Shown here one piece after another: positions 52,501-61,720 of a DNA stretch of 64,000 nucleotides. The translations under genes and the position numbers were made by a program. The notes under the pieces were generated by a model. That model had not been told where the DNA came from and did not search any database. It was given only the letters and a program-made list of their open reading frames with translations. This DNA is from Phoronis australis (Eukaryota; Animalia; Phoronida): contig NMRA01000107.1 in the NCBI GenBank assembly GCA_002633005.1, forward strand, positions 787,169 to 851,168, read 5' to 3'. Positions within the stretch are counted from its first letter, which is position 1. Each line of letters opens with the position of its first letter.

Positions 52501-54261
52501 TTGTTTAAAAAAGCACGCATAATTGTTGAGCGCGATAGTCAAACAAATTACACAGAAGTGTGTACATGTACGTTATGCATACTGGCGACCTTCTGTATCT
52601 GTGACGACTGGCAGGAACATACTAAGGCGATCGTAAATATGATTGGTTCGGAAATGCATCTATTTTCATTGTTTTAAACAGTTTTTGGGAACACTGAGGT
52701 TATTGTGTTATCCAAATGCGGAACTGTCACATTGAAAAACGCAAAATATAAAGAAGTACTGTTGTTTGACATTACAGTGACCCTAAAATCGCATTGATAG
52801 TAGGTCTTTTGCGACAATCGTAAAACTCTAATAAAGAACGCACAGATAAGTTACGGCTCGAGTTAGTCGCCACTGGATTGTGGAAGTCTTTGTTCAAACC
52901 TGTTAATGGCCCAATCGGACTTATCTTTGAAAGTCTCGCTGAGCTCTCCACAAATCCCAATACAAAAACACGGCCCTCAGTCGACCAGGAAAATGTATGA
53001 TTTCCCAAAGTCTTCACATTTTTGCTTTTTGGTATGGCTTTCTGCTGGGCATGCACTCTTTCAGAAACGATTACACATTTGGAAAAGTTTAAGCTATCTA
53101 TAAAAAGCGATATTTCGGAAATCTGTAGAATGGACAACACCTTTGCTTTGCCCGTTTCCATTATGACGGCACAAATCGAACTGTGCATCAAGAGTACCAT
53201 TTGTACGTGCGAACTTTGAATTATGCTAACGTACAAACCCCAGCATCATTCCACAGAATAACATTTGTCTGTTTAGTTCGTATGCCTAATCTTTGTTCTT
53301 ATGGTTTACTTTTTCATTCGTATGCATGATGTTTTCAGTAGTTGGTACGTAAGATGTGGTTCGTACGTATGATTCGAATGTCGTACATACACGTACATGT
53401 ACATGTATGATTGTCTAACACCCGTGAACATGTACACAGCAAAGCAAGACACTGAATTATCTTTCCCGCGTCATGTGGTCAATCAGTTGAGTTGTTGTGT
53501 ATAAAGAATTGAGAAAACTATATTTCTATGCTTAATGACTGTTGGAAAGTCATTTTATTATGAACATTTTTTAAAATAAAGGTTTATGTGGGAAATTTCA
53601 ATGTACATGTACTTACCCGGGCGCCAGGAGGTGGATTATGGTTTTTCGGCTTGCCGTCATCTCCAATAATAACGACAGGTGCAGACCTGGCGTTAATGAG
53701 CTCATTTCGTTTGGTTCTGAGTCGAAACTGTGCACCATGCGCATCAAAACTGACATCTAAACCGCCATTGTTGTTCTTGGTTGCAACGAATCCAACTGCA
53801 AAATGTAATTATAGGATTTCTGATTGCAGGCCCTGGGTTTTTTTCAATCATTGTTCATAAATCTAAATTGATACAGCAGACATTTCTAGAGATAAGACCA
53901 GCTAGATAACGCTGTTCTTCAAGCATTGATTGTTTGCAGTCAGGTTATGAATAACCCACAAAAATAACAAACTATTCAATCAACTTGCCAACTGAATGAA
54001 AATGAAAACTCACCAGTGTCTCTAATACAATGTTCTCTAAAGTATTACAAGAAATTGTGTTTGTAAAATGTGTCCGTAAAATTTTGGACTCATTAGTTTT
54101 GAAGCATTTAAAATGTCGAAAACGTTGCAAAAATGTAAAAACGACAATGTAACTGTAAATGCGTTTTCGAGATTTCTATTTTAAAAATAGCGCTTACCTT
54201 CTTCAGTGACATCCGCTTTCACTAACGAGGCGATAGCAACGACCAACATCAAAACATTCAT
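10880..54261 (-). CDS. Spliced gene (24 predicted coding exons, ~868 aa) for a secreted ADAMTS/MIG-17-like M12B zinc metalloprotease with a C-terminal array of Ser/Thr linkers and six-Cys CCxxC modules
   Basis: Manually joined GT-AG exons give one open frame with compatible phases: signal peptide, M12B propeptide-like region, RERR furin site, HELGHNLGADHD, HIMDP Met-turn, LPGQIYSADVQC...LWC...GTDCG..WC..GKCV disintegrin-like domain, then the repeat modules. The terminal exon is uncertain and small exons may have been missed. Confidence 0.9.
11650..11793 (-). CDS. Six-Cys module exon, intact copy 4 (DVCINMYQHIKYLNRLYTCQELASSFNFLCKRDDVSRWCCQSCKTTTP)
   Basis: ctcttcag acceptor, consensus gtaagt donor, 144 nt, phase 1-1. 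Confidence 0.88.
12538..12600 (-). CDS. 63-nt linker exon (SASPIATSNTPSISPRTTKS)
   Basis: tttttcag acceptor, gtaagt donor, phase 1-1. Confidence 0.82.
12765..12876 (-). pseudogene. Truncated, stop-containing remnant of the six-Cys module exon
   Basis: Clear similarity to the module core; acceptor, Cys1 and donor absent; in-frame TGA codons. Confidence 0.85.
13638..13781 (-). CDS. Six-Cys module exon, intact copy 3 (DACINMYQHIKYLNRLYTCQELASSFNFLCKRDDVSRWCCQSCKATIS)
   Basis: ctcttcag acceptor, gtaaat donor, 144 nt, phase 1-1. Confidence 0.85.
14527..14589 (-). CDS. 63-nt linker exon (SASPNATSNTTSISPQTTKS)
   Basis: ttttctag acceptor, gtaaga donor, phase 1-1; two N-glycosylation sequons. Confidence 0.8.
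14754..14864 (-). pseudogene. Truncated remnant of the six-Cys module exon (IKYLGRLYTCRQLASSFNCLCNSDNASCWFCQSCKAT)
   Basis: Same truncation points as 12765-12876; module splice sites absent. Confidence 0.85.
15475..15561 (-). pseudogene. 87-nt linker pseudo-exon with mutated acceptor (AG to AA)
   Basis: Homologous to 21272-21358; donor gtaagt intact, acceptor position reads tttccaaa. Confidence 0.7.
16430..16560 (-). pseudogene. Frameshifted six-Cys module exon (131 nt; 13-nt deletion removes Cys2) with intact splice sites
   Basis: Relative to intact copies, the + strand segment ccagctcttgaca is missing at ~16507; ctcttcag acceptor and gtaaat donor are retained. Confidence 0.85.
17306..17368 (-). 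CDS. 63-nt linker exon (SASPIATSNTPSISPPTTKS)
   Basis: ttttccag acceptor, gtaagt donor, phase 1-1. Confidence 0.8.
17533..17645 (-). pseudogene. Truncated remnant of the six-Cys module exon
   Basis: Same truncation pattern; acceptor and Cys1 lost. Confidence 0.85.
18423..18566 (-). CDS. Six-Cys module exon, intact copy 2
   Basis: cttttcag acceptor, gtaaat donor, 144 nt, phase 1-1; same peptide as copy 1 with synonymous differences. Confidence 0.85.
19305..19367 (-). CDS. 63-nt linker exon (SASPIATSNTPSISPQTTKS)
   Basis: ttttccag acceptor, gtaagt donor, phase 1-1. Confidence 0.82.
19537..19648 (-). pseudogene. Truncated remnant of the six-Cys module exon
   Basis: Same truncation pattern with extra deletions. 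Confidence 0.8.
20405..20548 (-). CDS. Six-Cys module exon, intact copy 1 (DVCINMYQNIKYLNKLYTCQELASSFNFLCKRDDVSRWCCQSCKATIS)
   Basis: cttttcag acceptor, gtaaat donor, 144 nt, phase 1-1. Confidence 0.85.
21272..21358 (-). CDS. 87-nt Ser/Thr linker exon (STSTNTTFTPMNATEFSTSSISQGTTGS)
   Basis: tttttcag acceptor, gtaaat donor, phase 1-1; two N-glycosylation sequons. Confidence 0.8.
21712..21798 (-). CDS. 87-nt Ser/Thr linker exon (STSTSTTVTSKITTVFPASSISAQTTES)
   Basis: ttttacag acceptor, gtaaac donor, phase 1-1. Confidence 0.78.
22540..22680 (-). pseudogene. Highly diverged remnant of the six-Cys module exon (LYTCPQLALYFGCLCK...)
   Basis: Recognisable core plus flanking intron similarity (gaagatacacaggaaa); frameshifts and lost acceptor. 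Confidence 0.7.
25163..25243 (-). CDS. Exon 13: Ser/Thr-rich linker (DSSITTTASTSATSKITSTDDVKTTDS)
   Basis: tttttcag acceptor, gtataa donor, 81 nt, phase 1-1; ends like the other linker exons (ACCACGGACTCTG). Confidence 0.8.
26272..26422 (-). CDS. Exon 12: ADAMTS disintegrin-like domain (WVYDKKGYNKCVALWCKTSGGGCETRYTFAATGTDCGKDMWCKNGKCVPK)
   Basis: ttttacag acceptor, gtaatc donor, 151 nt, phase 0-1; 'C..LWC....C....AA.GT.CG...WC..G.CV' signature. Confidence 0.95.
26836..26991 (+). mobile_element. ~150-bp MITE copy A (TSD CTG)
   Basis: Subterminal inverted repeats cgttcagt..ctaggacc / ggtcctagc..ctgaacg; CTG on both sides. Confidence 0.85.
28279..28668. mobile_element. Nested MITE starting GGCCCGGT with (AA)CTCGAAA subterminal repeats
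   Basis: aatctttttactcgaaatggaactcgaaa is mirrored by tttcgagttcgtttcgagtacaaagatt; inserted after acCAG; right tip truncated. Confidence 0.65.
28953..29640. mobile_element. Second, truncated copy of the same Harbinger-like family
   Basis: Starts caccgctttcataaaagtggtttaaacctgg; colinear similarity to ~26740-27390. Confidence 0.7.
29041..29179 (-). mobile_element. ~150-bp MITE copy B (TSD CTG)
   Basis: Reverse-oriented copy of A; CTG on both sides. Confidence 0.85.
30289..30433 (-). CDS. Exon 11: end of catalytic domain and start of disintegrin-like domain (DRQCVKD...LPGQIYSADVQCQQMYGEDSGECGQ)
   Basis: ttcttttcag acceptor, gtaagg donor, 145 nt, phase 2-0; ADAMTS 'LPGQ.YSAD.QC...yG' signature. 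Confidence 0.95.
31650..31795. mobile_element. Palindromic (fold-back) ~145-bp repeat; half copy at ~3375-3450
   Basis: tcaggtttatga..gggcaaaac..ggaaatttcgtcaaaa is mirrored by ttttgacgaaatttcc..gttttgccc..tcataaacctga. Confidence 0.75.
32137..32274 (-). CDS. Exon 10: third zinc ligand and Met-turn (NLGADHDGDNGCKEANHIMDPDGGSSNLGNVFYFSSCSVNEFKKTL)
   Basis: ttttcttag acceptor, gtaaag donor, 138 nt, phase 2-2; completes HELGHNLGADHD, plus IMDP and FSSCS. Confidence 0.96.
33161..33269 (-). CDS. Exon 9: active-site exon (GFAPMADICSASRSISITESHGGFGCIAIAAHELGH)
   Basis: tttaacag acceptor, gtaagt donor, 109 nt, phase 1-2; HExxH motif. Confidence 0.96.
33378..33446 (-). repeat. tRNA-derived sequence, second copy
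   Basis: Near-identical to 8903-8971; shared flank extends to ~33530. Confidence 0.75.
33641..33791 (+). mobile_element. ~150-bp MITE copy C (TSD CGG)
   Basis: Same family; CGG on both sides. Confidence 0.85.
35294..35331 (-). CDS. Exon 8: 38-nt catalytic-domain exon (NLEFTDKGSKSVAG)
   Basis: ttgttctag acceptor, gtattg donor, phase 2-1, exactly bridges exons 7 and 9. Confidence 0.8.
35625..35782 (-). CDS. Exon 7: catalytic domain (SPAGSPWYEK...LPKHDHAFSFS)
   Basis: tttcag acceptor, gtgagc donor, 158 nt, phase 0-2; 'hDHA..f' reprolysin motif. Confidence 0.9.
36981..37058 (-). CDS. Exon 6: catalytic domain (VDLLYQNIQDNNINIFLTLAGYVIAE)
   Basis: tttcag acceptor, gtaagt donor, 78 nt, phase 0-0. 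Confidence 0.9.
40572..40741 (-). CDS. Exon 5: furin site RERR and start of the catalytic domain (NAGNIVAGIESLVMVDYTLWKKFYKKNNQDRTKTIAEIKHYFAYVIHG)
   Basis: cttctacag acceptor, gtaagt donor, 170 nt, phase 1-0; 'E..V.VD' reprolysin first strand. Confidence 0.92.
42123..42369 (+). mobile_element. MITE with CATGCGCGCAC / GTGCGTGCATG ends (reverse-oriented relative at ~23970-24209)
   Basis: TIRs plus shared internal gggcaaaaaggtc.gcttcagag. Confidence 0.65.
42456..43034. mobile_element. MITE with TIR GG(A/C)CCCGTTTCATGAA (Harbinger-like)
   Basis: 16-bp TIR with one mismatch; TSD not clear. Confidence 0.7.
43207..43399. mobile_element. Small TIR element GATCGCGTTTACAC...GTGTGAACGCGATC
   Basis: 14-bp TIR with one mismatch. 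Confidence 0.55.
43551..43692. repeat. Degenerate (CTG)n trinucleotide repeat in intron 4
   Basis: Direct reading. Confidence 0.9.
45125..45260 (-). CDS. Exon 4: prodomain (LSGHVARNDDLYEITQTGDNTLAVVKKRKVAKSRNSGTFVDFQDI)
   Basis: ttttcag acceptor, gtaagt donor, 136 nt, phase 0-1; 'L.G.v......YeI' propeptide pattern. Confidence 0.83.
45616..45690 (-). CDS. Exon 3: prodomain (DVDDRDVFGSVDKSSLVVLKRSGGL)
   Basis: tttgatag acceptor, gtaagc donor, 75 nt, phase 0-0, fits between exons 2 and 4. Confidence 0.75.
45937..46098 (+). mobile_element. ~160-bp CAGGGGCGGAT...ATCCGCCACTG non-autonomous element (related copies ~27540-27697 and ~39316-39458)
   Basis: Three colinear copies share ggatccaggattttgaatt, ctgtcagaca, ctgccaaatg and aaatccgcca. 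Confidence 0.75.
47400..50350 (-). mobile_element. Decayed Ty3/Gypsy LTR retrotransposon of Gmr1-like order (gag, protease, integrase, start of RT) in intron 2
   Basis: Fragments: gag-like LMVREQFVNT...LFLREW; protease-like LLRDTC; integrase GVRKTTDRI...YWPG and PFKRIAIDVIGP; integrase C-terminal DYWINVNDKIKILHASMLKVY; RT N-terminal IPYATQELVKKEVQEM. Many stops and frameshifts; LTRs not seen. Confidence 0.88.
53617..53795 (-). CDS. Exon 2: prodomain (VGFVATKNNNGGLDVSFDAHGAQFRLRTKRNELINARSAPVVIIGDDGKPKNHNPPPGAR)
   Basis: ttttgcag acceptor, gtaagt donor, 179 nt, phase 1-0; resembles the M12B propeptide 'F.AhG..F.L....N.L' pattern. Confidence 0.88.
54198..54261 (-). CDS. Coding exon 1: signal peptide MNVLMLVVAIASLVKADVTEE
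   Basis: ATG at 54261, hydrophobic core with V-K-A cleavage-like end, donor G|gtaagc, phase 1. Confidence 0.85.
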
Positions 54262-54824
54262 CTCAACTTTACCTATGGTTCTGTACAATATCTGAACGAA
54301 GGTTGGCTAAGATCAATTGGTCGGTTTTCGGTTCGGTTGAGATGATTTTATACTCTAAGAGAGGGAACGGGTCCTACGGGCACCTACATTTTGATTCCAT
54401 TTTTCATAATAGGTATTGTGAATTAAGAAAGCATTGGTAGTTGAGTCATAATATTGACAAAAACAACACAAAGTATGACAACAGATAACGTACAAACTGA
54501 ACGGAGGTGATTCTGTTCTCATTCCGCTCATTGAGCGTAACTTGAAAATACTGGTCGGTGTTGCCTATGTTAAGAGAAAATCATGAGATCGGGAACTTGG
54601 CAGGAAGATTGAAATCAACCAATGTTACAAAATTACGTAAGGATGACCACCCCCGGGAGCATGTGTTATAAGCGGAATATTTTCATCGGGGATATCTTCG
54701 TTTCCGAGATACGGGGGATGGAAGTTTGTGCCTCTTTCCGCTGGGCTGGATCATGATATAAACTTTTAAAATGATACCAAACCCGTCTTTGTTCCATTAA
54801 CCGATAGTAAAAACCACTTGCCAA

Positions 54825-55130
54825 TCTAGTTTTCTGAATCAAAATAATGCTCTGTAACCCTCGAAATCCTTGAAGGGTTTGAGGAAAATTTCTAAAGTCC
54901 TTTCAAAGCTAAACTGTCAAACGTAGCCTACGCTTTTAGCAAATTACACTGCAACTATTTGAAAACACCACCCGCCAAAGACCATAATGTCCAATTTGTG
55001 AAATAGGTGGTATGAATTTTAGTTGATTACTGCTTTTACTTGTATCTTCCAAGATTGACGCCAATGATGCATTAGCAAATGACAACGAAGATTGATTGAA
55101 ATCATCGAAACAGGGTTTAGTATCTTTTTA
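54825..55130 (+). repeat. Dispersed repeat also present at ~62230-62540
   Basis: Colinear motifs tctgtaac, gaggaaaat, ctttcaaagc, acgcttttagc, gccaatgatg.attagca, agggtttagtatc. Confidence 0.7.
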
Positions 55131-57347
55131 AACTTATCCGTTGGATGTAGCACCAAAGCATTTGTAACTTTATAAACAGATTCAAAGGTTATAATCCTCG
55201 GTTTGAACACTTTAAAACCGGTTTTGAAAGTTATAACCGCGGTTATAACCTTTCAGCAGGGGTGGTGTAAGCGAGAGATTAAAGTCAGTGTGAAGACTGC
55301 AGTTGTAAAATTCCACTCAGTAGGTCGTGCTGCTGTCAAACTTCTTTGGAGAAAATGTCACTAAACAGATTTTGCTGGTTTTGTTCTTGAAAATCCAAGT
55401 ATTATGCGCTCCAAAAACCTGTAACACAAATATATCCTATATGTATTTTGGTTTGTTCACAACCAAATCAGTCTAATTCAACTGCTGTTACCCATGGAGA
55501 AGGCAGACGATCGGATACAGGTGATCCATCGGACCTTACCCAATTTTGGTCGAACAATTTCGACTTCAGTCTGTTCACTTCCTACTGTAATTTAGCTCGT
55601 ACACTGATTTCACGTAAAGTGAACAATTGCGAACCAAATGTATTTAATCTAGGAAAATTGTTACTTATTTATAATTTAGAAGTCACCACTAATTTCGAAA
55701 CGAATTCGGGTGAATTATTGTTGACTCCAAAATCGAAGAAATATTTATTTGTCATTGCCAGTACACATACTTCGATCACCCTAATATTCAGCACATGCAC
55801 ACTGCATGCGGTACTCCAAAGTCACTGCCCGTACAGTCTGATCTACAAGTGGGAGTCTCCTTGGAACAAGTTCCTCTTCACAAACAATGTTATAAATAGC
55901 AATGGAATTCTTTGGATTGAAAAAATAATATTTTATTATTATAATATCAATTTATGGAATTCACTAATAATGGTCTCCAAGGTCATCGAACTTCCATCAT
56001 TCCATAGTGGTCATTGTTTTTGTTCAATTCAATCTCATGTCTCGATACACCTGTGCTTCTCATGAACATGTTCTGTGTATTTTCGACGAATTGGAAATTT
56101 AGTATCTACTTCCCCTCGTGAATATTTGGCAATGCTGGATTTAGAGAGGGCAAAGCGGCAATTACCCCCGGGTGACCCTCCATGAGAGTAGCCCGCCTGA
56201 AAGGGGCCCTTGATATGAAGGGCTGGAAAAAAGTGACTGTTAATCCCAACATTTGGTGACCGTCCTTAACTTAAAGGTTGTGTGATATTGATAAAGAGGG
56301 ATGCCCATGGATGCCTCAACAGGCAATAAGCAGAAATTTATGCTATTACCAAGACCGTTGGCCGCCAGGTACTCAATATTATAACAAGTGATATTTCAAA
56401 AGAGAGGAAGAAAGAGAGCGACAAATGACTTCTCTCATGTCTGAAATGTCGCTGGGGGAAACGCAGTGTCTTCTTGAACTTCGAGCCCCCGAGCCACCCC
56501 CTGGGTGCGCGAATGTTAGTTACGCTAAAAGTTATCTGTACGCAGCTTAAGCCGAAGTCTGGGTGCGCGCATGCTCTGTCACAAATGTTCTGGCCGTGTC
56601 CCCCAAGCGGTAAATCCAGCACTGAACGTTGACAAATTTTTGTTAAGCTGCATTTCACACTGTTTAGGTAGATAAAACGAGACAGGCCTGTTACGCTCAT
56701 AAAACCAGTGTAGTAATACACGTGTAGTTAGTGTCCTGATAGGATTCTATTTCCGTTGTAACTTAAATCACACGCAAATTCGTACATGCAGAACCCAGTC
56801 GAACATTACGAGGCCAGTTTTATTAAAAGATAAAATTCGATTTTTGTGTTATACAAATGTAGCTAAAGAGGACGATTTCTTTTTCTTTCTTACATAGGTT
56901 TCGTACATGACCGTATTCTTCAAGCCACGTGCTTGACCTTTCTGTCGGTACCTTTGCCTTTGCAATGATATCTAAGTTGAGTGATGCTTCTTCAAAACCG
57001 TTTCTTTATGTTATTCCATCACTCTGTGCGAGACCTCGTTCAATGTTATTTATCCGGATAGGGTTGACGTGGCAAACATTTGGATCGCCATCGCCATCGA
57101 AATCATAGATTATTTATCTGCGCCAGCTATTGAGGTATGGTCCACACAGAAATTAGTTGCCGAGACCCAGGTAGTGTAAACTGACGTGCATCACATCGTT
57201 ATTGTACAAAGTGTCTCAATCTAGGTACGTTGACGGTGAACAACGTCTGTGACACGATGCAAAGGAGTGCAAGTGCTTACTGGATACGTCAAGAGATTTG
57301 CGTGTCACTGTAGAGACGGTACGAATGTATGGAACGCACCTAGCCTG

Positions 57348-57497
57348 CCTCCCGGTCAGTAACACTAGGACCTCGCTAAAACGCAAGATTTCGCGAGATT
57401 TCGTGAGATATTGCCGTGTATTTTAAATGAGAACACGTGACTTTGTCTAGATTTTAGCTAGGTCCTAGCGTATGTCCTAGAGTTACTGAACGCACGC
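57348..57497 (-). mobile_element. ~150-bp MITE copy D (TSD CTG)
   Basis: Same family; CTG on both sides. Confidence 0.85.
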
Positions 57498-58246
57498 CTG
57501 GCCTCTGTTGTGAGAAGTCATTTTTGACACGTGACGAGTCATTTCTGACGCACTGACGTGTCAGTGACGCAGTCGAGTAGTCAGTGCTGTAGTGGGGCGT
57601 AGACGCACGTAGGCACAGCCATAGTCGAGTCTTAAAACTTTAAAAAATAAACTATTTAACAACATACCGTATGTTTTTTGAGCCTAATTTCCAGGAAAAT
57701 TTTAATAGACTAAATTGATGCACGTGTTCTATACGTATTTCTTATGAATGTTTGTCGTCGTCGGGAAAGCACGGTCACAGTGTTGCTGGGAAATTTGCTA
57801 ATCAGAAAACCAAAAGTCATAAAATGTGACTGATTTAAGCAGTGAGACTTCATACCTAAACACATGGACACACGAGCGCACACAAACGCACACGCACACG
57901 CACACCGACGCAGGCACACACATCGGTATGGACAAAATTTCACGATTTCTTCAAAATGTGATTCTGATTTTCCTTTTAGTACCAAATGGACTGCACCGGG
58001 TCCGGCTGGGGGAACAAAGTGCTACGAAAATGCCACCTGTGATGTCGAACAGAAACAATGGTGATGTTTATGTTGAAAGCAGCGAAAAGTGCGTAAAACT
58101 ATCATAACACACAAGGAGGTTTGTTTGACAACTAATTAGTACAAAGAACAAGGCATTACACACGAGATGCATGCAATCTTTTCATAGAGTAAGTAGGCTA
58201 TTTAAAGTACACACATGCACATGCTAGCATAGTGTAAATGGGCAGA

Positions 58247-61152
58247 GACAAATGTCATTGACATGCACTAAGCAACAGAGTTCATGGTAATAACTCAAAT
58301 TCAGCAAATATTTGAAAGAAAATACTGGTCACATCAGCTGGAGTATCCAACAGTCCAGCCACATCTGTGAAAGGGATGGCTTTTGAATTTTGTTCGTTTA
58401 GTCCTGCATGGAGAAGGACATTGTGGTGGAAATATCTGAGCCATTGGTGATTGTGGTATTTGAGTAGTTGGCTCTAATCTGTATTCTAAGTAGTAGTTGT
58501 CATGAAAGCAAGCGCAAATATCACTTACCTCGCAAGGAAAATAATTACCGCCCCCATTCTCAATAATTCATGGATTCCTGGGCGTAGCAGAGGCGTAAAT
58601 GAAGCATATTCGTTAGCGACGAATGGCGGCAGCAGGGAACGGTCTGTGGACTCGGCAAAAGCAGACAAGCCATCAGAAGTAATATTCCCTATTTTTCTCT
58701 ATGATACTGCGCAAAAACAACTTTTATATCGTCAATTTTATCGTTACCCACATGACCTTATCCCGAAGCACACTTTCCGCCATGGCGATATCTGTACGTC
58801 AACACTCCAGTGCATTTGGAAATTACTTTGTATGTAGAGTTGTCATATCGCACATAAGAATTGACAGCGTTCAACCGTATATAATGTTGGCACATTCACG
58901 ATACAAATAAGCCCTGATACGTTACACATAACCGTGTTGCATTTTAAATCTGCTTTGTATTTCTTTTGATAAAACAATATGTATCATGGTGGCACAATTG
59001 CAAATAAAACAAGTAAACCGAAGTTTAATACCAACACCATGGTACGTCAGGTAAAATTTTCGTGGCCTTCAGGTACGAACTGATTTCGCATCACGCAATG
59101 CAACCCAAAATAGAAACACTCAGAATATACAAGCAGGGATAATACAACAGTCTATGGGTATAACAATTAGACAAACCGATGATTACTTAGTCAAGATCGG
59201 CAGCAAGTTTTCAAAAAAGCGGCTATAATACCGAGCCTATCACAAAGTGACATTTGATTTAGACAACTAACCATTATGAAATAGGTCTGAAATTGATCTT
59301 TATTGTAATCAGACTGTCAGTTCGTTATTGCTGGAGATCAGGCTACCACGAGTTAATTGGCACTTGGCGTGTCAGGAGTCGCTGAACAGTCTCAAATCAA
59401 TGAGGCCAGTTCCCTGCAATCACAGATTACATATTTCATTTGAGTAAGAAATAAAGTGATACCAAGTTAATATCATCAAGTCATCAAAAACTAGAGTTTT
59501 TGCTTTGGGCGGAAGGTAACGGGGCAGCCGTACATAACGCAAAGTTGTCGTGAGGACTCGATTGGGACCTCAGGGGTCTCACGCTCCACCGGCTAATTTG
59601 AAAAGGCTTTGTCCAGTCACGCGTTGTGGGTAATAAATCGAGATAATGATACCAACAGCCGACGCGACAAGCAGAACTACTTTCTTTTACTTCATTTGTG
59701 CACTAACTGGAGAAATTTAGAATTAGACTTTTAAACACTATCCGATCTTCAACTTTTTTCGGGAGACTTAAATCTCAATGTAGTTTGCGCAAAGACGATG
59801 TGCAATTTTTGGAGGTGTATTGACGATGATCAACGTTAAAACGGAGAGNTATAAATGTATACACAGGGACAAATGTCATTGACATGCACTAAGCAACAGA
59901 GTTCATGGTAATAACTCAAAATTCAGCAAATATTTGAAAGAAAATACTGGTCACATCAGCTGGAGTATCCAACAGTTTAGCCACATCTGTGAAAGCGATG
60001 GCTTTTGAATTTTGTTCGTTTAGTCCTGCATGGAGAAGGACATTGGTGGAAAAATCTGAGCCATTGGTGATTGTGGTACTTGAGAAACGTTGGCTCTAAT
60101 TTTCATTCTAAGTAGTAGTTGTCATGAAAGCAAGCGCAAATATCACTTATCTTGTAAGGAAAATAATTACCGCCCCCATTCTCAATAATCATGGATTCAT
60201 GGGCGTAGCAGAGGCGCAAATGAAGCATATCCGTTGTCGACGAATGGCGGCAGCAGGAAACGGTCTGTGGACTCGGCAAAAGCAGACAAGCCATCAGAAG
60301 TAATATTTCCTATTTTTCTCTGTGATACTGCGCAAAAACAACTTTTATATCATCAATTTTATCGTTACCCACATGACCTTATCAAAAGCACACTTTCCGC
60401 CAGGGCGATATCTGTACGACAACACTCCAGTGCATTTGGAAATTACTTTGTATGTAGAGTTGTCATATCGCACATAAGAATTGACAGCGTTCAACCGTAT
60501 ATAATGTTGGCACATTCACGATACAAATAAGCCTTGATACGTTACACATAACCGTGTTGCATTTTAAATCTGCTTTGTATTTCTTTTGATAAAACAATAT
60601 GTATCATGGTGGCACAATTGCAAATAAAACAAGTAAACCGAAGTTTAATACCAACACCATTGTACGTCCGGTAAAATTTTCGTGGCCTTCAGGTACGAAC
60701 TGATTTCGCATCACGCAATGCAACCCAAAATAGAAACACTCAGAATATACAAGCAGGGATAATACAACAGTCTATGGGTATAACAATTAGACAAACCGAT
60801 GATTACTTAGTCAAGATCGGCAGCAAGTTTTCAAAAAAGCGGCTATAATACCGAGCCTATCACAAAGTGACATTTGATTTAGACAACTAACCATTATGAA
60901 ATAGGTCTGAAATTGATCTTTATTGTAATCAGACTGTCAGTTCGTTATTGCTGGAGATCAGGCTACCACGAGTTAATTGGCACTTGGCGTGTCAGGAGTC
61001 GCTGAACAGTCTCAAATCAATGAGGCCAGTTCCCTGCAATCACAGATTACAGATTTCATTTGAGTAAGAAATAAAGTGATACCAAGTTAATATCATCAAG
61101 TCATCAAAAACTAGAGTTTTTGCTTTGGGCGGAAGGTAACGGGGCAGCCGTA
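58247..61152 (+). repeat. ~1.29-kb direct duplication (58247-59532 and 59868-61152)
   Basis: Near-identical copies; N at 59849 just before copy 2. Confidence 0.95.
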
Positions 61153-61644
61153 GGGCGGCGCCACCCTATATCGATATAGAGGCCCGCTCATTGGCCGGGG
61201 GTTTACCATAATTATTAGTATAGGGGTCCACTTTTGAGGTTAGAAATTCAATTTCTTACCTAAGTCATTTTAATAAGAATAGGTCGCGGGTTTATGGACG
61301 CTGTAAGTCGTAAGATAACACAAACTCCCGGGACTACTCAGCCGTTCTGGTGTTGGCAACTCGGGAAAACTTTTTTGTAACGCACGTGTACATGAGCGTC
61401 ATTCATTTCAATACAGTGTGGGTACACACCAGCAACGCACTAGTCAATTAAAGCAGCATTCAACACGTGCTTTCTACACTAAAAATAGAAGTTTTGATTA
61501 AAAAAATAATTGCGGGCAGTCTGATACACGTTATACCAGTTGTGTGCAGGCAGCGTACATCAGTCGGAACTATTTTTATGCTTTACTGAAATATAGTTAA
61601 AACCGAGCTGAGTTGTTTGAAACCTGACTCGATCGTTTAGAAGC

Positions 61645-61720
61645 GTGACCCAGTGGGACTCTAGCCCACGACATCGAGTAAAGAAAGCGGACACTTAGCA
61701 CACTAGGACACACTGCCTCC
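61645..61720 (-). repeat. Degenerate tRNA-derived SINE head
   Basis: ggaggcagtgtgtcctagtgtg...gtcgtgggctagagtcccact shows weak A/B-box similarity. Confidence 0.4.

Noticed and set aside
55448-56065. 205-aa plus-strand ORF
   Set aside because: Non-ATG start, composition typical of AT-rich non-coding DNA, no motif
58529-58688. Possible minus-strand exon with a gtaagt donor
   Set aside because: The duplicate copy has the donor mutated and a 1-nt indel; no homology
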